Assembly: GCA_038087875.1 (NCBI GenBank)
Contig: CM075986.1
Coordinates: forward strand, 13,206,001 to 13,270,000
Direction of reading: 5' to 3'
DNA length: 64,000 nucleotides
Source of the DNA: Malacoraja senta
Lineage: Eukaryota
A program made the position numbers and the translations under genes. Positions 24,005 through 34,881 of the stretch are shown in pieces (the stretch's first letter is position 1; each line of letters starts with the position of its first letter). Under the pieces are notes generated by a model that worked only from the letters and a program-made list of their open reading frames with translations, did not search any database and had not been told where the DNA came from.

Positions 24005-24170
24005 AGAAGACTGCAGATGCTGGTCTTGAGCAAAATACAAGTTGCTGGAGGAACTCAGCGGGTCAAGCGGCATCTGTGGAGGGAATGTGGACAGGCGATG
24101 GATGTTTCGGGTTACAACACATCTTCAAAGTCTGTCCCGTTGAGTTCTTCCAGAACTTTTGTGTTTTGCA
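24005..24170. repeat. Fold-back PLE-terminus repeat
   Basis: actgcagatgctgg..gctggaggaactcagcggg inverted against cccgttgagttcttccag. Confidence 0.7.
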
Positions 24171-24354
24171 CATGACCCAATTAATGCCTCTGAGGTTGGA
24201 GATTCTGCGTCAAATGTAGACGGAGGAGATGGTGCAATGCCACGGAGATACCCCTGTCGGATTTCACTGCGGAGATGAGCAGCGTGGCCGCACAGCAGAG
24301 CAGCCAGTTTGTGCGTGGTTCGGCCCGGTATTTATACGCTACTCAGAATCTGAT

Positions 24355-24521
24355 GTGTTGCAAGGAACTGCAGATGCTGGTTTAAACCGAAGTTAGACAC
24401 AAAAAGCTGGAGTAACTCAGTGGGTCAGACAGCATCTCTGGAGAAAAAGAATAGGCGACGCTTTCTCACTTTTTCTCCAGAGATGCTGTCTGTCCCGCTG
24501 AGTTGCTCCAGCTTTTTGTGT
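24355..24521. repeat. Fold-back PLE-terminus repeat with imperfect 16-bp TSD
   Basis: agacacaaaaagctggag..gcatctctggagaaaaag / ctttttctccagagatgc..ctccagctttttgtgtct; flanks ctactcagaatctgat (24339-24354) and ctacccagaatctaat (24522-24537). Confidence 0.75.
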
Positions 24522-25548
24522 CTACCCAGAATCTAATACTGGGTTGGTTTTCGTGGGCCGAGCGTGAAGAGTCTGTCACGCTGCCTACAACGCGAGAGGT
24601 GCTCACCATTCGAAAGAGCATCTTTGATTGGGAGCATTTTGGGATCACATTGACATTGTGAAAGGCATTGTACACAAATACGAGAAAAACAAGACTGATG
24701 TTTTTGTCTTTGATTGAATGCGTTCGCCGAAGGCATCCAAGTGAGAAAAATGCCAATGTATCATAAAGCTCGTTTTATGGGGTATGAATAATGCTACATC
24801 TTCACGCGATTGGATAAACTTCTCACGTCAATTCAGTTCCAAATATTCCCCAGTAATTTAGTCAAGTTTCCACTTGCATAGCTCAGCATAAAATGCAGGC
24901 GCCCAGAGAAGACAGAGGAAGTGTAGCTCCATTAGAGATACCGACTCTGGTTGGTTGTCAGGCAATTATTTCCGACATTAGCGTATTTTAGGATAGCATC
25001 ACTGACGCTGTATCTAATAGAACATTACACGGAGAGATGAAGAGAGTCAAGCTTGTTTAATTGCCATATGTACCGGGTAGGGAGCAATACGATTCATATT
25101 TGCTGCAGTTTTACAGGCCCGTTAATACGATAACACAACAAATAAATATGTAATAATCGATGATACAAGAGAATAATAGTCGTTAATACTTGACAACCAG
25201 ACCATAATAGTCCAACACGGAAGTACGAAGTACGTAGTGCGAGCAAACAAAAAAGTTGGTGATGTCGGGTTGTGGTTAGCTGTGTTGTGGAGGAAGCTGA
25301 TGTCTGCTGGTGAGAAGCTGTTCTGGAACCTGGAGATCACTGTCCTCAGACTCCTACACTTCTTCATTGGATCAGCAACATGTTTTTCTCACGGGTCATT
25401 GATGATATTAGCTGCCTTTTTGAGGTCAATACCCGCGATGGACGGGCAACACACACCCCCCTTCTTCAGCCTCCTTCGTTCCTGGGCGTTCGTGTTACCG
25501 TGCCAGGTCATTTCACAATCAGTCAGTTTGCTCTGTACTACACTACTT

Positions 25549-25677
25549 CAGTCTAAAGAAGGGTCTCCACCCGAAACGTCACCCATTCCTCCTCTCCAGA
25601 GATGCTGCCTGTCCCGCTGAGTTATTCCAGCATTTTGTGTCTATCCTCGGTGTAAACCAGCATTTGCAGTTCCTTGC
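25549..25677 (+). repeat. PLE-terminus repeat with mutated hammerhead core
   Basis: cagtCTAAAGAagggtctccacccGAAACGTCacc...cagcatttgcagttcctt. Confidence 0.75.
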
Positions 25678-26261
25678 TCCATTACTGATCTACTGGTCAA
25701 GTGCCAATCCTAAGCTCCCTTTTGGGTTATTTTGTGTGTGACACAATTTTCCAGCCACACACAGGCCTTCTCCCCACCCTCATATCATTTCCAATTTTCA
25801 GACCGAGCCCCACATTAGTGCATTATCCTTAGTGTTCTGATTAGTAAGGCTGATAAATTCAATGCAACATAAGGCAGGTGCTGGAAATCTCAAATAAAAC
25901 AGAAAGTAGCGAAAATAAAGTCAATAGGTTGGGTAACATTTATGGGAGAGAGAAAGGGTGAATGGTGCAGTTTGGATCATCAGAAACAGGAAGAGTTAAA
26001 ATGAAGAACATTGTTTGCAATAAGGGGTGGAGCAAAGATAAGAATGGGAGAGGTCAAAATAGGACGGAGATCAGCAAAGGCTGAAGGAGCAGGTGGTACT
26101 GGCAGGGAGCAGGTGTTAAATGTAGGTCTGGTGGACAAGTACAGTATGTAGGGCAAGATGAAAGAATCTGAAATACCTGAAGAGCAATGAGAAAACAAAA
26201 TGAATGGTGGAAATATAAGGTAGAAAACTGGAATGGCTGGTTATTTATTTTCCTTTAGAGA

Positions 26262-26562
26262 TACAGCGTGGAAACAGGCCCTTCAGCCCACTGAGTCCAT
26301 GATGACCATTCATCACCCATACACTTGTTCCATGTTGTCCCACTTTCACATCCAGCACACCAGGGGCAATTTACAGAAAACAATGAACCCGCAAACCTGC
26401 ACGTCTTTGGAATATGAGAGGAAACCCAAGCACCCGGACGAAACCTCAAGTGGTCACAGGGAGAACGTACAAACTACACACAGACAACAACCGAGGTCAG
26501 GATATAACCCAGCTCTCTGGCACTGTGAGGCAGCAGTTCTACAGCTGCGCCACTGCACCACC
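26262..26562 (-). mobile_element. tRNA-derived SINE
   Basis: Reverse complement of the SINE at 3485/4098; head ctgcgccactgcaccaccc, tail agagatacagc.tggaaacaggccctt. Confidence 0.8.
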
Positions 26563-27877
26563 CCATAATATTATTGAATGCAATTTGTCATTGGTACGGT
26601 AATGATGGGCACAGGTCTATCACTGTACAATATTGTGTTAGTGTTGGTGGGCACAGGAGCCTGTGTAACACTGGGTACAGTACTAATGGCCATGGATCTG
26701 TCTCTACATAACACCAGGAGTCTGTCGTTATACATTTTCCTGAATAGTTTGAACAAAATGAAATGCATTTCTCCTGAGGGACCCATAGATGTGGTTTGGA
26801 TTGATAATCTGTCCATCTCTGTGAATGTTGTGTGCAGTACCGCATTGCAGCAGACACAGTTCCTTTCTTTTAGTGTTGTTGGTGACATGGACGAGGTAGA
26901 TTGTCCTGTTGGAGCCAAGGGCCATTCTTCCCTCTCCTAGCTGCTAGCCCCATCTCCTGCTTTTAACCTTGCATGATTTCTCCACACATGACTCTTTTAG
27001 ATTTACAACTGGATCAGTAGTTAAGTCAAGAGTTTATAGTCACGTGTCCCAGATAGGACAATGAAATTCTTGCTTGCTGCAGCACAACAGAATATTGTAA
27101 GCAAAAATACAGTACGTAACAGTTCTAATATAATATTTTTGGTTTGAAACATGAACACCCATTTGTTTCTTCACAGCTGCTGCCTGACACACTGGGTGTT
27201 TGCAGCAATCTCTGCATTATGAGAGAATTTCATTGGTGTGTGAATTGTACCACAGAACACGAACAAGTGCTTGATCCTAAACTACCATCTGTTGAATGAT
27301 GGCGGGGAGGGAGATGGGGCTAGAGGAACAACACCTCGCCATCTACTACCCGATGGCATGAACGATAAATTCTCTAAGTTCAGGTAACCGGCTTCCTCCA
27401 ATCCGTCTCTCTATCTACTGGGATCCTCTGACTTTATTTTTATTGCCCACAACATGCCACCTCTCCCACACTGCTTCTTTCTCACCCACTCCATATGTTC
27501 GTCGGCCGGACACTCCTTCCACTGGCTCCCCTCATCCCACTGTTCCTCTGCCCATCCAACCTCCCTTATCTGGTTCTCATTCCCACCTCCCTTTCCCATC
27601 AGATTCCATCATCTGCAGCTCCTGGTCACCTCCACCCATCATGTCCCAACCTCTGGTTTTCTCCACCCCTTTCTCCATCACCTGACTCCATCAAACCAAT
27701 CCACCCCTCCTCACCTAGATTGCATTTGGAAACGTAGAAACAAAGAACTGCAGATACTGGTTTCTACCACAGATATACTGTATACAAAGTGCTGAGGACC
27801 TCAGTGGAGTAACTCAGTGGGTCAGGTAGCATCTTGGAGAAAAAGGATGGGTTATGTTTTGGATCGGGACCCGTCTT

Positions 27878-28625
27878 TGATAATTGCTAGTTTCTGAGCT
27901 TCCCCCCAGTCTAGTTTCAGTAAAAACACTGAATTAAGCACTTGAAATAACTAAAGTTTATTTTACCAAAAGCGTGTTACAGATCAAACACTGTACCTAT
28001 CCCCACCGCGGGTTCGATCCCTGCGTCTGTCTGTTCAAGCCCTCTAGGCCTTGTGCAGACAGAGACACTCCAGAAGTTCTCCAGAAGATCGACCTTGAGC
28101 CTCGTGATAACGGCCTTTTATATGCCCCGCGAACCGAACCACACAGAAGGTTGTCTTACAATGACCCAATAACAGATATCGATTAACCCCATACATAACA
28201 GATGTTTTCCTAACCCAATAATACAACAGGTCAATATGTTGTATTCACAACGGACTTCGAGATGAAGTCGACTATTGAAACATTTACCCTGATTTACAGA
28301 GCTTTCAGACAAGGCTTAACATCCCATCCAATAAACATCCAGCAGAGTCAGATTCTGTAACATTACTTACAAACTATTTACAAAATGTATATCTAGTTTG
28401 CAACCACCCAATCCATTCTATGCATTAGGTATTAGATTGACAAGGCTTGCAGGTTCCCTGCCCTTTTCCATATGAATTGTATCTAAGTTCCAGACTTTCT
28501 GCCACCTCTCGCAGCCTGTCCCAGCTCTGCAGAGAGCATTCCCAATTTGACCAAGTCTCCCAGCAAGCCCTGAAACTTAACCCCATTTTGAAGTCCTGAC
28601 GGGTCCAATTTAGCCAGGATTAACA
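27878..28625 (-). mobile_element. LTR (748 bp) of an LTR retroelement/ERV
   Basis: Minus strand: PPT AAAAGGAAGGAA (28626-28637), then TGTTAAT...ATTATCA termini, TATAAAA (28116-28122) and AATAAA (27957-27962) in U3-R-U5 order. Confidence 0.75.
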
Positions 28626-30284
28626 TTCCTTCCTTTTATCATTATGATAATCCATCATAAATGATAACTAAAGTAGCTTAGTCATCAGCTAACCAGATAT
28701 ACATATGTGTGCTTTACATTTCCCTTCTATCAGCAACACAAGATGACGCTGTCTCTGCTCAGGATCTTGTAAAGCGTCCTGAGTTTGCATGGGCATGACT
28801 TCACAAGTCCTGTCTGAGGAATCTTCACCTCCCGAGTTTTCGTGGGCGCGAACTCCCTTCATCCGTGTTCCTGCCCAGTCTTCCATCACCTTCCAGTTGA
28901 ACCTAGATCCTAGAAAAACCTCAAAGAAACTATGGACCAAGCAAGTTACCATTATACCACACCCTTGCTATTTCCCATTCCACTGAAAGCCTAGCTAGCC
29001 CTATTCTAATGTCTATTGGCTCTAATGGCTCGTACTCCCTAACCTACACTACTTCTCTAGGATCGCTCTGGAATCTCTCTCCTTCACACAATATGTATAT
29101 CTGATGACAGAAAATCATATAAATTTCAGCTGGGGTTGGACCAGATTCCCCTAAAGGCGCGACTTTAATTTAACGCAAAGCATAATAAATGTTCCAATTA
29201 AACCAAATTCAGTCTCAGCCTTAAATTTACCATTTTGAATTTCAATGCCCATCTTCTTCTTCATTCCACAGCATTGTAGCCGATATTACAATTTCTTTCC
29301 AATTCCTGTGGAATTCCCAGCTGTTCAAATTTAAACAATCAATTTCTATACCACTAATTTCATACAAAGTCCAATCAAAATGCCAAATCCAGGGACAATC
29401 TCTCTCCACCTTGATAATATAAGCCTCTTTACCATCAAGGGTTCAACAATTCAAAGCTATCGGGCAAATACACATCGGCTCTGCTATTCCAATACAATCC
29501 AAGTTTCCTCCCTGCAGTTAACCAAGTCTGTCCTCTACGTTCCCTTAACTTATCAGAGCACTTACTATGATAATGCTAACTCTCCACTCTAATGGTTCTT
29601 TATTATCTCCACTCCTATTATGTCAGCTCTTACTATAATTCTAACTCTTACTGGGTTGGCTTCGTTCCCTTCTAGGGGTTCTCGCTTTTATTCTATTGGC
29701 TCCTTCCTTTTATTAGATTCGTTTTCCCTGGCCTCGTTGTCTTTTACTCCATTACTCCATCACTATATTGGCTTCATTGTCTAGGGGTTCTTGTTCTTAT
29801 AATTTCCAACCACTGGATGATATCCTGATCCGGTCTCCTAAAGGGAAGTCCTGTTGCTCACAGTTCCTCTTTTGACCATATCCAATCATATTACAATTTC
29901 ACCTCTTATTTTAAATCCCAATGTTTATTTCAATTTCCACTCCTAATTTCAATTGAACTCACATATTCCCTCATTAACTCCATATTACCAGATTTCTTCC
30001 AATTCCATCCTTCTTGGATCCCTTTGAACAATCCTTTCCATCCTTGTCTGCCTTTCTGAGGACGAGATAATAACAAAGTCAATTAACTATCAAAATTCCA
30101 ATTAGTCCTGTCAGATTCCCCAAGTCCATTCCAAATTCAAAATGTTTTAAAGTCTCCCCAAGTCACCACCACCCAATTTCGAGACCAAATTCAGAATTTA
30201 TAAATTTAGTTCTAAACCCCATAATTTAAATGCAATTCAGGTGTTCTGCCCCAAACCACAGAGAATTAATTTCTTCAAAAACAA
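28626..30284 (-). mobile_element. Non-coding internal region of the same LTR element
   Basis: Strong purine bias on the minus strand, no recognisable ORF; the interrupted host repeat resumes at ttcttcagact (30285). Confidence 0.5.
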
Positions 30285-30944
30285 TTCTTCAGACTAAAGT
30301 CTGTCCCAAAAGTCATTGCAGGGCATTGATGTTATTCTCCTTCACACTCTGAGTTCCTCCAGCACTTTGATTTTTACTCCAGATTCCAGGCTCTTGGAAT
30401 TTGCTGGATGCTGGACATCTTTTGAGCCTTCAATTTGATGCTGCATTTTTCAAGGGTAGGTTAAAAAGAATAAGAAGCAATAATGCAATCAGGTCTTGAG
30501 ATGCATTAATATTTACCAATGTAAAAATTAACCTATTAACATAAAGTAACTAATTTGCAGGATTTTTGTGAAGTTCTAACATTAGGAAGCTTACATAGGT
30601 TTATCTGCTTGGCCTAATTTAAGACTTTCATTAAACAAAACATTATAATTGATACTTTACCCAAATTTTATTTCAGAAATGTAGTGCAAGATGCTACAAA
30701 ACACTTCAGGCTGATGTCTTATCCTGATCCTAACCAGCTCTGTGGCTACATCATGCATTAGAATATCCAATGCCACTGGGAGTGAAAGGGTACAAGACCT
30801 TTTTCCTACTCATTTGTAGAGTTCAGCACATTTGGCCACGGTCTTGTGAGATGCTGTTCCAAACACCGATATCACCATAACATAATTTTAATAACAGTGG
30901 CATCTGCATCCATTGACACACATATCCCAACAATTGAAATAGCT

Positions 30945-31520
30945 TTAGGTTTATTGTCAGGTATGCGGAGGTAAAGTGAAAAACTTAGTTTTGCATGCTA
31001 TACCAACTTAGTTTTGCATGCTATACCAACAGATCGGATATTCCTCACATAGATGCAATCCTTTCAAAAATCAAGTACTGTAGATAGAGCAAAGGGAAGA
31101 TTCAGAGTGCAGAATATAGTTCTTAGCATTGTAGAGCCATTGTAGCATTCCATAGATAAAGCCCAATGAGCTCAATGGAGTTGAGGTGAATCTGATAGTA
31201 CCCTAGATTGTGGAAAGACCATTCAGGATCCTGATAACAGAGGGGAAGAAACTGTTTCTGAGTCTGGTGGTGTGTGCTTCCAAGCTTTTGTACCTTGCGA
31301 TATGATAGATCTTTATTTATCCCAGGAGGGAAATTGATCTGCCAACAGTCATAAATCGACTGTTGGCTGGTTGCCGTGTGGAACCGGAAACCGTGCTGGA
31401 ATAACTGGTTATTCCTTCTGTCGAACTGGAGCAGGGAGAAGGAATAACCAGGGTGGGACAAGTCTTTGATTATGTTGGCTGCTCTTCTAAGGCAGCGTGA
31501 AGTGGAGATGGACTGTGCTA
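30945..31520 (-). mobile_element. Rex1/Babar-type LINE 3' end with a nested tail fragment
   Basis: ORF 31123..31533 contains SRCLRRAANIIKDLSHPG; similar to 2470-2948. Confidence 0.65.
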
Positions 31521-32159
31521 TAACTTTCTGCAATTACTTGTGGTATGCAACAGTCTAATCAAGCCTAATGAACCCATTCTCTCTCTCTCTCGTAACAGCT
31601 CAGTCCTGCCACCCCAAGAAATTTGGCAAAGATTCATGTTGCCTGAAATCAGTGTTTCACACCATCCGATGTTCTTGGAATTTGTATTGTGCCACTGTAC
31701 CAGCTGCATAATTCAGTTTTTATTGGAAAAAAAACTAGCTGAGATATCATGTCTTTTAATTTGAATGTCAGAGTGAGATGCTCTTAGTTTAGTCTCCTGG
31801 ACTGTTTACATAAACTTGGATTAAAACATAACAAAAACCATCCGTTAGTTTTACGCTGCCGTTAAACATCCTCAAGCGGATTAATGATTTCCCCTGAATG
31901 TTAGTCATTCCTTGTTGGGTAGTACTCTCCCTTCCAAACACAGTAGATACGTTCTGCTCCAGAGACTTGCACACAAAATATAGCCTGGTGCTTCATTCCA
32001 ACCTATGAAGTGGGTTATTAACAGAGCTACTATTTGCCCATGGGATCGATGCTATGACATTATATAGAAGGGGGAAATGCAGCATTCTTCCAGTGTCCTG
32101 GTCAATATTTATCTTTTAGCCAACATTATTAAAATAACATTCCAGACCATGATCTTAAT

Positions 32160-32445
32160 ATTCATTGATTGAAAGATACAGCATGGAGACAGGCTCTTTG
32201 GCCCATCAAGTCCACACCGACCATCGATCATTCGTTCACACTAGTTCCGTTATCCCAATGTCGCATCCGCTCCCTACACACAAACGGCAATGTATAGAGG
32301 CCAATTAACCTATAAACCCATACATCCTTAGGATGTGGGAGTTAACTGAAGCACCCGGAGCAAACCCACAGTCACAGGGAGAACGTGCAAATTCCACACA
32401 AACAGCACCCAAGGTCAGGATTGAACCCAGGTTAGGCAGCAGCTC
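32160..32445 (-). mobile_element. tRNA-derived SINE
   Basis: aagatacagcatgga.acagg..ggagaacgtgcaaa.tccacaca.acagcaccc. Confidence 0.8.
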
Positions 32446-32867
32446 AAAATTGTTTATATGGCCTCACAATAAAAATTAGGCCTCCATTTCTACATTCCGA
32501 TAGCCTCCAAGGATCCTGAAAGGTTCTATAAAAATACAAAGCTCTGGCTTTTTATTGCATACACATAGGACCAACTCTCACAGTACGTCTCATTTCCTGG
32601 CAGACATAAAATCCTCCACAAATGAAAGTTTCCTAAATATTACGTTTAAAATCATTTAACATACTCATGTGTGGCAAAAATATTTCATGCTGGAGGTTAA
32701 ACTGACAGTGATTATATGAAAAGGATTCATGTTTTATTATTTTATCTGTACTCTATTGTAACACACAATGGCCAAATTCTAATCCAGCATATAATTATTT
32801 CAAAATATTATAATTCATTTTACATAATTCTCCAGTCACTTGTCATCCTACAATGTTAAAAGTATAA

Positions 32868-33150
32868 GTGGCACAACTGGTAGAGCTACTGCCTCACAGC
32901 GACAGCGCCCCGGGTTGGATCCTGACATCGGGTGCTGTCTGTGTGGAGTTTACACGGTTTCCCTGTGACGATGTGGGTGTCCTCCTACTTCCCAAAGACT
33001 TGCGGGTTTGTAGGCAATTGGCCTCTAGATTGCTGCTAGTGTGTAGGTGGAAAATGGGATAACATGGAATAAATGTGAATGGATGATCGATGGTCGGAGT
33101 GGACCCAGTGGGCTGAAGGGCCTGCTTCTGAGCTTATCTTTCAATGTATC
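32868..33150 (+). mobile_element. tRNA-derived SINE
   Basis: gtggcacaactggtagagctactgcctcacagcg..cccgggttggatcctgac..gggctgaagggcctg. Confidence 0.8.
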
Positions 33151-33396
33151 AATGTGGCAAATATGTCTTGGTTCTTACCTGTCCTATTGTGATTATAATC
33201 TTAACTATAGACAAAATGCAATTAGCCGTTTAACTGATTTTGAACAGCATTTGGATGAATTCTATATACTTGGGGAAGGAACGTGTTTTTTTCTTGTCTG
33301 AGCTTTATACGAATAACCGAAAATAATTAATCATTGATATGAACAATAATTTAAAAAATGATATTTTAAATCTGTGCAAACCACATTAATAAATTT

Positions 33397-33488
33397 GAAG
33401 AAGGGTTTCGGCCCGAAACGTTACCTATTTCCTTCGCTCCATAGATGCTGCTGCACCCGCTGAGTTTCTCCAGCATTTTTGTGTCCCT
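33397..33488 (+). mobile_element. 92-bp PLE-terminus (hammerhead) insertion with 11-bp TSD
   Basis: gaagaagggtttcggcccgaaacgtt...; TTAATAAATTT at 33386-33396 and 33489-33499; nearly identical to 58535-58626. Confidence 0.85.
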
Positions 33489-34684
33489 TTAATAAATTTA
33501 ATGTTCCGTACACGCTATTTAAACGAATTTATAGTCTGGGGCTTTTTAATTACATTTCTGCCAACTGCTAATTTTAGTAATTTAATATCAGATATCGTTT
33601 TAAAGAGGAACAGCTCGGGGTTAATCCAGGCACATTATGGGTTAATAATTGGCTCCGCCTCATGCCCGCTCAGCACATATTTCGTCCAGTATGGAGATGA
33701 GCCAGCGAATATAATCAACGAAATTATAATTCCCTCTGCAGCCTCCCCGACAGCTTGAGGGACAATGTAGCCACTGACAGTCGGCCCATTTTGTCAGAGG
33801 AAAACAAAGGAGTCAGTGAAAACATAACATAATTTGCATTTTTAAATAAATAAATGAAATTCGCCGCTTTCGTGGTACAAAAATTCCCGGGAGTTAATTC
33901 CCCTCTCCAGATTTTAGGCGATAATGAGGAAGTATTACCCATCTGGTTGCTTTAAGAGGGGGGAAAAAAGGTTTTTGCTGGTTTCCGCTAAAACCGGAGC
34001 CTTTTATAAAATAATTAATTTGCTGGCAGCCTTATGTCTTTGTAGAGTTTTAATCCATTTAGTGCCATGGATTTTTATAATTGGGTTTGGTTGGTTTAAT
34101 TGTCTTATCTTGAACTCGCGGATTTGGTACATCCCTGGTCTCAAAATAAATAGTGATTTAAATTCTAACCAGGAATCCAGTGAGAGTAATTTTCATCTGA
34201 AATTTCCAGATTGAGCCTGGGTCACATTTTGTGGGGTGAGTGTTTTGTGTGGAAATTCATGCAAGGGGGCCGCCCGCTGGCCACTGAAGGAACAGCAACT
34301 CAATCTTCCCCTATCAAAGCAAAACACAGAAGTGCTGGAGGAACTCGGCATCTAGCAGGATCAGTTAAAAGGGGGTGAGGACTTTGGTACGGAAATGAAG
34401 AAAAGCAGGGAAGGTTTAAGGTATCAAGGATTAATGTCTTTTGTTTCGGAAGCAAAATACCACATACCCTCGTCTGGAAAAGAAAGTGATATTGTCCTGC
34501 ATCACTTTACTGACTATTTGGAGCAACCTTATTAACCTCAGCAACTGCAGAACAAATGGGGAGAAGGGCACCTGGTCACCACGCGTTTTTTTCTGGACTT
34601 ACCGTACTACAGCCCTCCACGGCTGAACTCCTTCCAAACCATTTAAAGAAAATCTATTTGCCATCTTGTTAAAAAGTGATTGAA

Positions 34685-34881
34685 GGTAGTTGAGGCCAGT
34701 TCATTGGCTATATTTAAGAGGGAGTTAGATGTGGCCCTTGTGGCTAAAGGGATCAGGGGGTATGGAGAGAAGGCAGGTACAGGATACTGATTTGGATGAT
34801 CAGCCATGATCATATTGAATGGCGGTGCAGGCTCGAAGGGGTGAATGGCCTACTCCTGCACCTATTTTCTATGTTTCTATG
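34685..34881 (+). mobile_element. CR1 3' end, same subfamily as the long CR1
   Basis: Differs from 17352-17548 by about five substitutions; (TTTCTATG)2 tail. Confidence 0.92.

Noticed and set aside
26580-26720. Hydrophobic 120-aa ORF 26578..26940
   Set aside because: Overlaps a degenerate minisatellite-like repeat (gtacagtact..gggcacaggtct..); no splice or homology support
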